Origin: an uncultured virus (IMG/VR IMGVR_UViG_3300049629_000752)
Taxonomy: Duplodnaviria; Heunggongvirae; Uroviricota; Caudoviricetes
Virus record (IMG/VR): IMGVR_UViG_3300049629_000752
Direction: 5' to 3' (one strand)
DNA length: 20,000 nucleotides
Shown: positions 1-8,247 of the stretch, piece after piece
Layout of the letters: every line of letters begins with the position of its first letter
Position numbering within the stretch: position 1 is the stretch's first letter
Translations under genes and position numbers: made by a program
The notes under the pieces: model-generated
The model's input: only the letters and a program-made list of their open reading frames with translations
What the model was told of the DNA's origin: nothing
The model's database searches: none

Positions 1-300
1 ATGTCTGGAGTTGTTGAATCAGATATATGGGGCCTTCCAGTATTTATTGCTTTCTTTTTAAAGCGTGGATTTCAGGGAGTTATACCAAAAGGTACTCCAA
101 TTATGCAGATAATACCATTTAAAAGAGATAATTGGGAAATGAGTATAGATGAATCTTATGATGCTGTGGACAAAAAATTATTAAAGGCAGAAGACAGAAG
201 ATCATTGCTATACGGATATTACAAGAAAACAACATGGAGAAAAAAGATTTATGGAATAAAGAATATGTTTTCAAAGGATGCAAACCACGACGATGAGTAG
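1..300 (+). CDS. C-terminal part of a conserved phage hypothetical protein (probably 5'-truncated by the window)
   Basis: Frame is open from base 1. The SGVVESD...IPKGTPIMQIIPFKRDNW motif resembles a family common beside phage 2OG-Fe(II) oxygenase genes. The stop overlaps the next start at 293. Confidence 0.6.
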   Translation: MSGVVESDIWGLPVFIAFFLKRGFQGVIPKGTPIMQIIPFKRDNWEMSIDESYDAVDKKLLKAEDRRSLLYGYYKKTTWRKKIYGIKNMFSKDANHDDE

Positions 301-1147
301 CATTGGAGTTGTAATTTATTCATATAAAGGAAAACTTCTTAAGGAAGTTGTAAAAAGACTGAACGAAAATTCATCCAAAAATAACATCATAAATATATAC
401 ATAATAGACCAAACACCTATTATTAAAAATACATATTATGAAGAAATTAAAAATGTAAAATACAGACATAAGTTTTGGGATCACCCATATGGACAATGTC
501 ACTATAGATTTGAAGCAACAAAAGATGTTAAAGAAGATTTTATGTTAATAATTTCTGATAACGTATTTGTTTCTGAAAATTGGGACTCTACCTTAATAGA
601 TAATTATAAAGATAATACAGTGATATCTGGACAAGGGAATCCAAATATAACTAATGATAACTTTTTCTTATATAATAATCCAACCCAATCAGATAGTTTT
701 ATGCTGTCTCAGATAGTGAATAAAGATTTTATATTTTTAAAAACAGAGTTGTTTAGGAACACCAACTATCCAACATTCTTAAAGTATCGTGGCGAATCAG
801 AGTATTTATCTTTATATTGGTTTACTAGGGGAGTAGACATATATTCTTGCCCACAGTATCTGTATTCGTTGGAAGGTACAAACTCTATAGATACCCTGTA
901 CGTTCCATACTCTATAAATCATAATTATAATGAAATGATCAAAGTAATAAAAAATGAAGAAAGTTTATATTTTGAATCGGGAAATAATAGGACTGTCAGT
1001 GATTTTATAAATCATCATAAAATTAATATTGATTCTATATTCCCTCTACCATTTTTAACAAATGATGTTGAGTACGATTGTTACAACAACCCATTTGATA
1101 AGTTAGACGGTAGAAAGTTTATAGGCAGATTACACTATATTTACTAA
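293..1147 (+). CDS. GT-A fold glycosyltransferase-like protein resembling GT60 (Skp1-hydroxyproline GlcNAc transferase, Gnt1), divergent
   Basis: VVIYSYK resembles the Gnt1-type N-terminal xIxSYR. LIISDNVFVSENWDSTLI resembles LQIDSHxxFxxxWDxxLI. YRGESEYLSL...TRGVDIY resembles FxGEE...TxGYDIY. ATG 293 chosen because it overlaps the upstream stop. Confidence 0.5.
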   Translation: MSSIGVVIYSYKGKLLKEVVKRLNENSSKNNIINIYIIDQTPIIKNTYYEEIKNVKYRHKFWDHPYGQCHYRFEATKDVKEDFMLIISDNVFVSENWDSTLIDNYKDNTVISGQGNPNITNDNFFLYNNPTQSDSFMLSQIVNKDFIFLKTELFRNTNYPTFLKYRGESEYLSLYWFTRGVDIYSCPQYLYSLEGTNSIDTLYVPYSINHNYNEMIKVIKNEESLYFESGNNRTVSDFINHHKINIDSIFPLPFLTNDVEYDCYNNPFDKLDGRKFIGRLHYIY

Positions 1148-1150
1148 TAG

Positions 1151-1170
1151 TGTATAATGTTATAAGGAGG
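1151..1170 (+). promoter_or_regulatory. -10 element (TATAAT 1153-1158) and strong Shine-Dalgarno (AAGGAGG)
   Basis: Intergenic tgTATAATgttatAAGGAGGaaaaATG directly before 1175. Confidence 0.6.
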
Positions 1171-1174
1171 AAAA

Positions 1175-1777
1175 ATGCACAGAATACATATTATTGATAA
1201 TTTTATAGAGCCTATAGATGCTCTAACATTAATACAGCAGCAAAACGATCCTACGGCTATTAGATTGCCTTACCCAGAATACTATAAGGAAAGGTTCGGC
1301 GGTACATCATTGCCTTACAACCCAACAGTAATGTCTATATTAAAAAAGTATGGCGACAAATCAAACGAGGTTCATAAGGAATTGAATGGTTTCAAGAGTC
1401 CCATATATGTATTCAAGGCATTTGGATCTCATTGGACGACAGGGACAAAAGGTGCACTACATTTAGATGCACAAGACCCAGAGGCGTGGATTGAGTGGAG
1501 CACAATTATATATCTCAATGAATCTCCAGAATACGAAGGCGGAAAAATATTTTTCCCAAACCAAGATTTTATTTATCAACCAAAAAGATATTCAGCAGTA
1601 TTTTTCCCAAGTGCTGGCAGTGAATATATACATGGAATTACAGAGGTAACATCTGGTCACAGATATACTGCGCTATACATGCATACTTCAAGACCGCAGT
1701 ATGCAGATCCAGACTTTTTAGGAGAAGACAAACACCCAAGATGGAGGGCACCAGAGCATGAATTCAACTACCTATGA
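1175..1777 (+). CDS. 2OG-Fe(II) oxygenase, prolyl 4-hydroxylase-like
   Basis: HxD (LHLDA), IIYLN...YEGG, distal His (YIHGI) and the 2OG-binding Arg (GHRY); strong RBS. Confidence 0.9.
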   Translation: MHRIHIIDNFIEPIDALTLIQQQNDPTAIRLPYPEYYKERFGGTSLPYNPTVMSILKKYGDKSNEVHKELNGFKSPIYVFKAFGSHWTTGTKGALHLDAQDPEAWIEWSTIIYLNESPEYEGGKIFFPNQDFIYQPKRYSAVFFPSAGSEYIHGITEVTSGHRYTALYMHTSRPQYADPDFLGEDKHPRWRAPEHEFNYL

Positions 1778-2429
1778 TTATGAAATTTTAGATTTAGGGT
1801 TAGTATATTATAAGAATGCACTTAAAAACCCTCAAGAAATTATTGATATTGTTTCATCTATTGATGAAAAATATAAAAATAATGAACACGGCAACTCCTT
1901 TACTGAAGTAAAGCCTTGGCATGCTTGGCAAAATGAAAGTGCTGGAACATTAGAAACTTTTTGCTGGCAAAAATTTTTCCCTAAGCCAGAAGATGTAAAA
2001 GCAAATGATTATTACTATAACGAGCAACACTATATATCTAAAAGACTTTATGATGCATTAGATGCTGCAACAAACCACTATGCAAATGTAGTATACCCTT
2101 TTGCTGGTAGAAACATAAAATCAAGAGAATACAGCATACATTTATTAAGATATGAAAAGGGTGGCTATTTACCAGCGCATCAAGATCATGGAGTTAGCAG
2201 TAGAGTTTTATCAACAGTTATGTATCTAAATAATGATTACGATGGTGGTGAAATATGCTTCCCTAATTCTAATGTAAGAATGAAGCCAGAACCTGGTAGC
2301 ATAATCTATTTCCCATCAAACTATCTTTATATACATGAAGTTGCACCAATTATAAATGGAACTAGATACTCAATGCCTCATTGGTATCACAACATGAAGA
2401 CACCAATAATGTCGACTGGCCAGGAATAA
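1758..2429 (+). CDS. 2OG-Fe(II) oxygenase, prolyl 4-hydroxylase-like
   Basis: LLRYEKGG, HQD, RVLSTVMYLNNDYDGGE, FPSNYLYIHEV, GTRYS. Confidence 0.92.
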   Translation: MNSTTYDYEILDLGLVYYKNALKNPQEIIDIVSSIDEKYKNNEHGNSFTEVKPWHAWQNESAGTLETFCWQKFFPKPEDVKANDYYYNEQHYISKRLYDALDAATNHYANVVYPFAGRNIKSREYSIHLLRYEKGGYLPAHQDHGVSSRVLSTVMYLNNDYDGGEICFPNSNVRMKPEPGSIIYFPSNYLYIHEVAPIINGTRYSMPHWYHNMKTPIMSTGQE

Positions 2430-3118
2430 TGCGATTTTATGAAAATTATTTACTAGACAATCCAGATATAGCGCCAATCTTTTGGCATAAAGATGGCATG
2501 CCAGATTATAAAAAACATATTGACAAAAATGATATAGTCTATAAATTAAATTCTAAGGGGCTTAGGTGTGATGAATTAATAAAAGATCATACAGGCAAAA
2601 CCCATATATTATTTAATGGATGTTCTATAACTGCTGGCATAGGGGTAAACATAGAAGATACATGGGCATATAATGTATATTCTGATTTTAAAAATACCTC
2701 TGGCTTTTTTAACATATCTTTACCAGGCGGATCTATAATAGAAATTATTATTAATACCATAAAGTATGTTGAGTCTTACGGGGTGCCAAATTATATTTTT
2801 ATTTTACTACCGCCAATACATAGGGAATCTAGATACATTAAAAAAGATTTTATAAATAATTTTATATATAATAATTATTATATATTAGAAAATTATTGTA
2901 AGAAAAACAATATAACTCTTTTATCTACTTCTTGGGCAGATAAAAAAAATTATCAAATGCTTGAACAGTTTAAAACGTTTAGGTCTCCAGATTTTGATAA
3001 GATAGAATACTATGGCGATAGCCTGCACGGAGATGACAACCATCACCCTGGAAAAAGTATTCATCAGTTCTGGTATAATCAATTTAAGGACAGATATGAA
3101 AATTCTTGGAATAAATGA
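2429..3118 (+). CDS. SGNH/GDSL hydrolase-like protein (phage family)
   Basis: YKLNSKGLR, block I FNGCSITAG, FNISLPGGS, C-terminal DNHHPG (DxxHP). ATG 2429 overlaps the upstream TAA (TAATG). Confidence 0.7.
   Translation: MRFYENYLLDNPDIAPIFWHKDGMPDYKKHIDKNDIVYKLNSKGLRCDELIKDHTGKTHILFNGCSITAGIGVNIEDTWAYNVYSDFKNTSGFFNISLPGGSIIEIIINTIKYVESYGVPNYIFILLPPIHRESRYIKKDFINNFIYNNYYILENYCKKNNITLLSTSWADKKNYQMLEQFKTFRSPDFDKIEYYGDSLHGDDNHHPGKSIHQFWYNQFKDRYENSWNK
3071..3090 (+). promoter_or_regulatory. extended -10 promoter (TGGTATAAT) and SD (AAGGA) for the carbamoyltransferase
   Basis: TGGTATAAT at 3071-3079, AAGGA at 3086-3090, ATG at 3096. Confidence 0.5.
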
Positions 3119-4532
3119 AACAACACATGACGCCTCTATTTCTTTAATAGAGGATGGTGAGATACTGTTTGCTGGACACGCAGAAAGATTTAGCAAACAA
3201 AAAAATGACTGGTTTAATAATGATAGCATTATTGATTATGCTCTACAGTTTGGTAAACCAGATAGGGTTGCTTACTATGAAAATAGGTGGTTAAAGAAAT
3301 TAAGAATATCAACTCGTGGTGGTTTTGGTGGGGGGAAGCCGTATTATTTAGATCGTAAAGATTTAAGATGGATTCCAAGAGAGTCATTTAGCCATCACTA
3401 TTCTCATGCAGCAGCAGGTTATTACACAAGTAATTTTCAAAATGCAGTCATAGTTGTTTTAGATGCAATCGGAGAATATAATACCTCAACAGTTTGGGTT
3501 GGTAATGGATCAAACATTAGGCAAGTTTATAAACAAAACTATCCACTAAGTTTCGGTTTGTTTTATTCAGCATTTACTCAGTTAGTTGGACTAAAACCAA
3601 ACGAAGAAGAATATATTTTTATGGGTATGGCTGCCTACGGTGACTGGACAAAGTATTATATAAAAGTAAAAGAATATTTTCCAAACATACATGAACAAAA
3701 GTATGCTTTTCATAATGGAATTTTAGATTGGGGAATAGAGATATCACAACAGGATAAGTTTGACATTGCTGCAGCAGTACAAAGAGTATACGAAGATAGA
3801 CTTGTTAATTTTATGGCAATGGCACAAAAACTTACTGGAGAAAAAAATCTTGTGTTTATGGGTGGGTGTGCCCTAAATTGTTCTGCCAATACTATGCTTT
3901 GGAGAATGTTTGATAATGTGTGGATTATGCCAAACCCAGGCGATGCTGGTTCATCACTTGGTGCAGCAGCCGCTGCATACGGTAATCATATAAATTGGCA
4001 AACCCCATATCTTGGATATGATTTAGGCGGAGAGTATCCAGTAACAGAAATAATTACCGAATTAATTAGAAACAAGGTAGCAGCAGTAGCAACTGGAAAG
4101 GCTGAATATGGTCCAAGGGCTTTGGGTAATAGATCAATTTTGGCAGATCCAAGAGACCCTAACATTAAAGATAAAGTTAATTTAATCAAGAAGAGGGAAC
4201 TATTTAGACCCTTTGCACCAGTAGTTATGGAGGAGCATGCAAGCAAATGGTTTGATATGAAGTTTACTTCTCCGTATATGCAGTATGCGGTTAAATGTTT
4301 ACAGCCTGAAAAGATTCCATCAGTAGTTCATAAAGACGGAACATCCAGAGTTCAAACAGTAAATGAAAAGCAACATCCTGGTTTATATGCTGTACTATCT
4401 AATTGGTATACGCTTACTGGAGTTCCAGTATTACTAAATACTAGTTTAAATATCAAAGGGCAACCATTGCTTAATGACGAAACAGATATAGTTAATTGGG
4501 AAAATACATATAACACAAGGATAGTTAGATGA
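3096..4532 (+). CDS. O-carbamoyltransferase, NodU/CmcH/TobZ family
   Basis: MKILGIN..HDAS, HHYSHAA, DAIGE, GGCALNC, GDAG, EYGPRALGNRSIL, KKRELFRPFAP, LLNTSLN. The likely start is ATG 3096 rather than 3012. Confidence 0.95.
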   Translation: MKILGINETTHDASISLIEDGEILFAGHAERFSKQKNDWFNNDSIIDYALQFGKPDRVAYYENRWLKKLRISTRGGFGGGKPYYLDRKDLRWIPRESFSHHYSHAAAGYYTSNFQNAVIVVLDAIGEYNTSTVWVGNGSNIRQVYKQNYPLSFGLFYSAFTQLVGLKPNEEEYIFMGMAAYGDWTKYYIKVKEYFPNIHEQKYAFHNGILDWGIEISQQDKFDIAAAVQRVYEDRLVNFMAMAQKLTGEKNLVFMGGCALNCSANTMLWRMFDNVWIMPNPGDAGSSLGAAAAAYGNHINWQTPYLGYDLGGEYPVTEIITELIRNKVAAVATGKAEYGPRALGNRSILADPRDPNIKDKVNLIKKRELFRPFAPVVMEEHASKWFDMKFTSPYMQYAVKCLQPEKIPSVVHKDGTSRVQTVNEKQHPGLYAVLSNWYTLTGVPVLLNTSLNIKGQPLLNDETDIVNWENTYNTRIVR

Positions 4533-5254
4533 CAAAAAAGGTTGTATTTGCAGCCACCCCAATAGGCGACAACTCTCATATTGCTATTGCATTACAGGAG
4601 TACCTAAAGATAACTGATATAGCAATAGTTGAAACTGAAAAAGTATTTAAAAAATTTTGTTTGGAAAATGGTGCAAATATTTCACAAATATACGAAACTA
4701 AGGATAATATTAAGCAAATATTGGAAGTAATACTTAATGGATTGAAGGAAGATAAAAATATTCTTGTAGTTTCAAATGACGGCTATCCCACAATACAAGA
4801 CTCTGGTATTGAATTATTACACAACTTAATTAGAATGGGAATAGATATAGACCTCATTCCTGGACCAAACTCGGTTTTGCAAGCATTGTTTTTTTCTGGT
4901 TTTGAAGGAAATAGGGGAGAATTTTATTTTGCAGGAAGGATCCCACAAGATAATACTTTAAATTTTTTAAATAATATAAAATCTTTAGATTGTCCTATTA
5001 TTTTTATTTGTATTCCATTTTTGGATAAGTACATTGATGACATTGCAACAGTTTTTCCAGACAGAGATTTAGCGGTTTGTTGTGATATAAGTAAGCCGAC
5101 ACAAAAAATATTGAGGGGCAAGAGCAAAGAAATGAAAGAAATTTTAGAAAAACATAGAAAATTTCCATTTCATTTTGATATAATAAATGGATGGAAAACT
5201 AATATTCTTATGTTTTATTCTTATTATACACTTGTAATCTCTCAATCAAAATGA
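4529..5254 (+). CDS. RsmI-like SAM-dependent methyltransferase (tetrapyrrole methylase fold), divergent
   Basis: VFAATPIGD ~ VATPIGN; VSNDGYPTIQDSG ~ VSDAGTPxISDPG; IPGPNS; FYFAGRIP ~ FxFxGFLP; CCDISK..Q..LRG ~ RELTK..E..RG. ATGA overlap with the upstream gene. Confidence 0.8.
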   Translation: MTKKVVFAATPIGDNSHIAIALQEYLKITDIAIVETEKVFKKFCLENGANISQIYETKDNIKQILEVILNGLKEDKNILVVSNDGYPTIQDSGIELLHNLIRMGIDIDLIPGPNSVLQALFFSGFEGNRGEFYFAGRIPQDNTLNFLNNIKSLDCPIIFICIPFLDKYIDDIATVFPDRDLAVCCDISKPTQKILRGKSKEMKEILEKHRKFPFHFDIINGWKTNILMFYSYYTLVISQSK

Positions 5255-5272
5255 TACTATATATATAGGAGG
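5232..5272 (+). promoter_or_regulatory. sigma70/SigA-type promoter TTGTAA-N17-TACTAT plus SD AGGAGG
   Basis: TTGTAA at 5232-5237, tgaTACTAT with hexamer at 5255-5260, AGGAGG before ATG 5277. Confidence 0.5.
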
Positions 5273-5276
5273 AAAA

Positions 5277-5495
5277 ATGGAATCAAAGAAAAAGAGTCTG
5301 CTAAAAACACTCAGTTGGGAGACATTTCACTTAGTGGGTGTTGCAGGAATTATTGCAATAATTACATATATGATTACTGGAGAGGTAGAGTATGAATATG
5401 CCACTCTTGGAGCGCTTGGATATATTTTGTGGGAGTCTTTGGGCTATTACTTACATGAAAGAGTATGGGCTAAATACGGAAAGAAGGTTGGATGA
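5277..5495 (+). CDS. DUF2061-like small membrane protein
   Basis: ESKKKSLLKTLSW...YYLHERVW signature with two hydrophobic segments; strong RBS. Confidence 0.8.
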   Translation: MESKKKSLLKTLSWETFHLVGVAGIIAIITYMITGEVEYEYATLGALGYILWESLGYYLHERVWAKYGKKVG

Positions 5496-5599
5496 TGCGT
5501 ATTAGAATTATTAGATTTATCGCAAGCATGCTTGGGTATGAGTTAAGTTCTGCTCCCCGTGGCATTACAGTTTGGCAATTGAGGAAGAAAAAGAAATAG
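5492..5599 (+). CDS. 35-aa basic small protein (not in ORF track)
   Basis: MMRIRIIRFIASMLGYELSSAPRGITVWQLRKKKK. ATGA overlap upstream and TAGTG overlap with the next GTG start; fills the gap exactly. Confidence 0.6.
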   Translation: MMRIRIIRFIASMLGYELSSAPRGITVWQLRKKKK

Positions 5600-5784
5600 T
5601 GCCAGCATATGAATATGACTGCATGTCCTGTGCTGTGCGGTACACCAAAGTAAGATCTATGTCAGAATCAGATCCAGGGTATAGTTGTGAGACTTGCAAT
5701 AAACCCTTAGTTCGTGTATACTCAAGTATAGGGGTTACTTTTAACGGCTCTGGATTCTATAAAACTGACAATAGAAAGGTATAA
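5599..5784 (+). CDS. FmdB-family zinc-ribbon protein
   Basis: (M)PAYEYDCMSC...CETC..LVRVYS...FNGSGFYKTD; GTG start at 5599. Confidence 0.9.
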   Translation: MPAYEYDCMSCAVRYTKVRSMSESDPGYSCETCNKPLVRVYSSIGVTFNGSGFYKTDNRKV

Positions 5785-5785
5785 T

Positions 5786-6046
5786 ATGTTTAGTATGCTT
5801 AAGAATAAAGAAGAAGGCGATGTCTGGTTGCTTGATGCCACTGACAGATGTGATCGCTGTGGCGCACAGGCGTATGTAAAAGTTATTGGGAAAAACAACT
5901 ATGACCTATTATTTTGTGGACATCACTACAATAAGTCAGTAGACAATGCCGTAGGGTATGATAACTTAATGAAATTTGCATTACAAATAGTTGATGAAAG
6001 ATCAAGACTAGACGAGAACAGAACCAAGGGAGAATCCTATTCATGA
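5786..6046 (+). CDS. DUF7455-like actinobacterial Zn-binding small protein
   Basis: LDATDRCDRCGAQAYV...LLFCGHH...VDER pattern. Confidence 0.7.
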   Translation: MFSMLKNKEEGDVWLLDATDRCDRCGAQAYVKVIGKNNYDLLFCGHHYNKSVDNAVGYDNLMKFALQIVDERSRLDENRTKGESYS

Positions 6047-6738
6047 TTGTTCAATTTTTTGGAATGGACGAAAAGACAAGAACTGATGTATCTATAGCCT
6101 ATGCAGAAAGAACTAACTCGTGGCATGTATTGGATACAGATTTGCCAATGGCGGAATTACAGGCTCAGTATGCTCGATGGTTGAGGACCATATCAATTTT
6201 CTTTACAAAGGATTATAACTCATCTATAGTGGTTAGTGGATATTTTCCAACAAAAGAGGCACGTGATCAATTCAGAGATATTAGTGGATATATGCATTTA
6301 TCTGATACCGCAAAGTTTCCAGACATTTCAGTTTGGATAGATACTACAGATAAAAAAGAATTTACAGATAAATTTGGTAAAGTTATTTCATGGGAAGAGC
6401 CAGAAGAAAATGAGTACGACCTTAGAATAACTAATACTGGCAATGAATATCTTGATGCACTACCAACTAGAGCATTTAGTGTTATTAAAAAATATGAGAC
6501 ATTTGACTGGAAGCCAGAGCAAACACTAATGGTTGGCAAGTTTCAGCCATGGACAGATTCGGATTTAGAAAAATATAACGAACTATCTAAAACTAGAAAT
6601 GTTGTTATAGGAATAAGACACTGTATGGGAATGTCAGATGAGGATAAACTATCTATTGCTCAGGTCAAATCTATGATATTAAAGGATATTCCAAACGCAG
6701 ATATAGTAGTACTTCCTAATATCGTGGAGGTGGTATAA
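6043..6738 (+). CDS. degenerate paralogue of the APS kinase/cytidylyltransferase-like fusion (P-loop and HxGH lost)
   Basis: Colinear with 13873..14631: MIVQFFG/MIIQIIG, VWIDT/VWVDR, WEEP, YDLRI/FDLRI, FDW, GKFQPW/GRYQPW, LPNI. Confidence 0.7.
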   Translation: MIVQFFGMDEKTRTDVSIAYAERTNSWHVLDTDLPMAELQAQYARWLRTISIFFTKDYNSSIVVSGYFPTKEARDQFRDISGYMHLSDTAKFPDISVWIDTTDKKEFTDKFGKVISWEEPEENEYDLRITNTGNEYLDALPTRAFSVIKKYETFDWKPEQTLMVGKFQPWTDSDLEKYNELSKTRNVVIGIRHCMGMSDEDKLSIAQVKSMILKDIPNADIVVLPNIVEVV

Positions 6739-6739
6739 G

Positions 6740-7156
6740 TTGTATATTTATAGAGTAAAAAAACTTATCGCTGTTGTTGATGGCGATACTATTGACGTCG
6801 ACATAGATCTTGGGTTTAATGTATCATATTCACAAAGAGTAAGGCTTGCGGGTATAGATACTCCAGAGTCAAGAACTAAGGATAAGTTTGAGAAAAGCCT
6901 TGGCCTTGAATCAAAAGAATTTTTAAAAAATAAACTAAAAGATGCAGAGGGCATTGTAATTAAAACAGAAAAACCAGACTCGTCAGAAAAATATGGAAGA
7001 ATATTGGGCTGGCTTTATGTAGATGGAGACACTGTATCTGTTAATGATCACATGATAGAGCAGGGATATGCATGGCCTTACATGGGTGAGACAAAGGTTA
7101 AAGACTTTGCTGCACTAGCACAACAAAAAGAAAAGGCAAAGAATGCAAGTAAATGA
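6740..7156 (+). CDS. thermonuclease (staphylococcal nuclease-like)
   Basis: VVDGDTID, VRLAGIDTPESR, KYGRILG, N..MIEQGYA; TTG start with GGAGG SD. Confidence 0.92.
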   Translation: MYIYRVKKLIAVVDGDTIDVDIDLGFNVSYSQRVRLAGIDTPESRTKDKFEKSLGLESKEFLKNKLKDAEGIVIKTEKPDSSEKYGRILGWLYVDGDTVSVNDHMIEQGYAWPYMGETKVKDFAALAQQKEKAKNASK

Positions 7157-7463
7157 TGATTTCGATAAATTAATATTGTCTGGTGCATTAGAGCCAGCAG
7201 GTATAGACCCAGACACTGGAGAAATGCTATATAACTTTACCAAAAAATTAGAAAAAATAAGCCCAGTTTTACACAGAGAAATACAAAATCTGTTCTCTAC
7301 ACATATAATGATTTTATGGGAAAAAGAAATAGTGGAGATGGATATTACTGAGGAAAATCCGTTAGTAAAACTTACAGAAAAAGCCTTTGATTATGATGCA
7401 ACTAAAGATCTTGATGAGGAAGTTCTTTATACCCTCAAAGAGATAAAAAGAAGCCTATTGTAA
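7143..7463 (+). CDS. phage hypothetical protein
   Basis: 106-aa acidic ORF overlapping the upstream gene; LILSGALEPAGIDPDTGEMLY. Confidence 0.7.
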   Translation: MQVNDDFDKLILSGALEPAGIDPDTGEMLYNFTKKLEKISPVLHREIQNLFSTHIMILWEKEIVEMDITEENPLVKLTEKAFDYDATKDLDEEVLYTLKEIKRSLL

Positions 7464-7485
7464 CAAGTAGTATAATAGTCTTGTT

Positions 7486-7923
7486 ATGGAATATCTAGTA
7501 GGGTTTTTCTCAGCATTTTTAGTTATTTACTGTATTTTTAAATTACAGAGTAAAAATAATATATTAAAAGAACCAACCATAGAACCTATAAGATATAGCC
7601 AAAGCCACATCCATAACATAGTCTCCCCTCTGTTGCCAAAGTTTAAACATAATAAAAATAAAAAGAAAAGTCAAGCGCTTATGCACGAATCAAAGTACAG
7701 CATAAAGGTTATCATAATGGAAAACAGCGCCTATTGGATTAAAGATAATGTTTTTTATATGGCAGACATGAACAATGAAGGAATAGTTGATAAAGATACT
7801 ACAAGAAGAGTTGACACAATGACTATGAGTAGGGTACAATTAGATAAAATGATGTTCATCATTGATAGATTACGAGAGGAGAATTATAATGATAGTAGTG
7901 GTTCAGGGAACCAACAACTTTAG
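7486..7923 (+). CDS. phage hypothetical protein with N-terminal membrane anchor
   Basis: Hydrophobic N-terminus (YLVGFFSAFLVIYCIF); preceded by TATAAT at 7471-7476. Confidence 0.7.
   Translation: MEYLVGFFSAFLVIYCIFKLQSKNNILKEPTIEPIRYSQSHIHNIVSPLLPKFKHNKNKKKSQALMHESKYSIKVIIMENSAYWIKDNVFYMADMNNEGIVDKDTTRRVDTMTMSRVQLDKMMFIIDRLREENYNDSSGSGNQQL
7811..7840 (+). promoter_or_regulatory. near-consensus sigma70/SigA promoter TTGACA-N18-TACAAT inside the upstream CDS
   Basis: TTGACA at 7811-7816, TACAAT at 7835-7840; about 50 nt before GAGGAG SD and ATG 7889. Confidence 0.65.
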
Positions 7924-8239
7924 TGATTATCAAGTTTTTCTACGTGCTATCGGTGTTGCACTATCTAGTCTTTCGCAAGACGATAAGCAGTTAGAAATAT
8001 ACAGTGTGGGTCCAGCAAAGACAAACACTATGGCCATGGAGTTTGTAAATGTTTCAGAGCGGAGCATGAAATCACGTGGCATTAAACTAAAACTAAGATA
8101 CGTACCACCTTCATGGGTTATTGAAAATATAAACTCAATAAATTACTTTGCCTATTTGTCAACTCCTAGTGAGCCTAAAGGCAACTTAGTTAAAGAGGCA
8201 GAAAACAATAACATTGAAGTGGGAATTTTTAAATACTAA
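7889..8239 (+). CDS. SLOG/YspA-like (DUF2493-like) protein
   Basis: N-terminal IVVVQGTNNFSDY resembles the xxIxGSRxFxDY SLOG motif; alpha/beta pattern; SD GAGGAG supports start 7889. Confidence 0.55.
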   Translation: MIVVVQGTNNFSDYQVFLRAIGVALSSLSQDDKQLEIYSVGPAKTNTMAMEFVNVSERSMKSRGIKLKLRYVPPSWVIENINSINYFAYLSTPSEPKGNLVKEAENNNIEVGIFKY

Positions 8240-8247
8240 GGAAAAAT

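Noticed and set aside
3012..3095. Longest-ORF start extensions (also 278, 2381, 5572, 7862, 12197, 15147)
   Set aside because: Downstream starts match family N-termini, SD sites or stop/start overlaps better
6731..6739. TGGTATAAG as another extended -10 promoter
   Set aside because: The final conserved T is missing and it abuts the TTG start; the GGAGG SD explains the site
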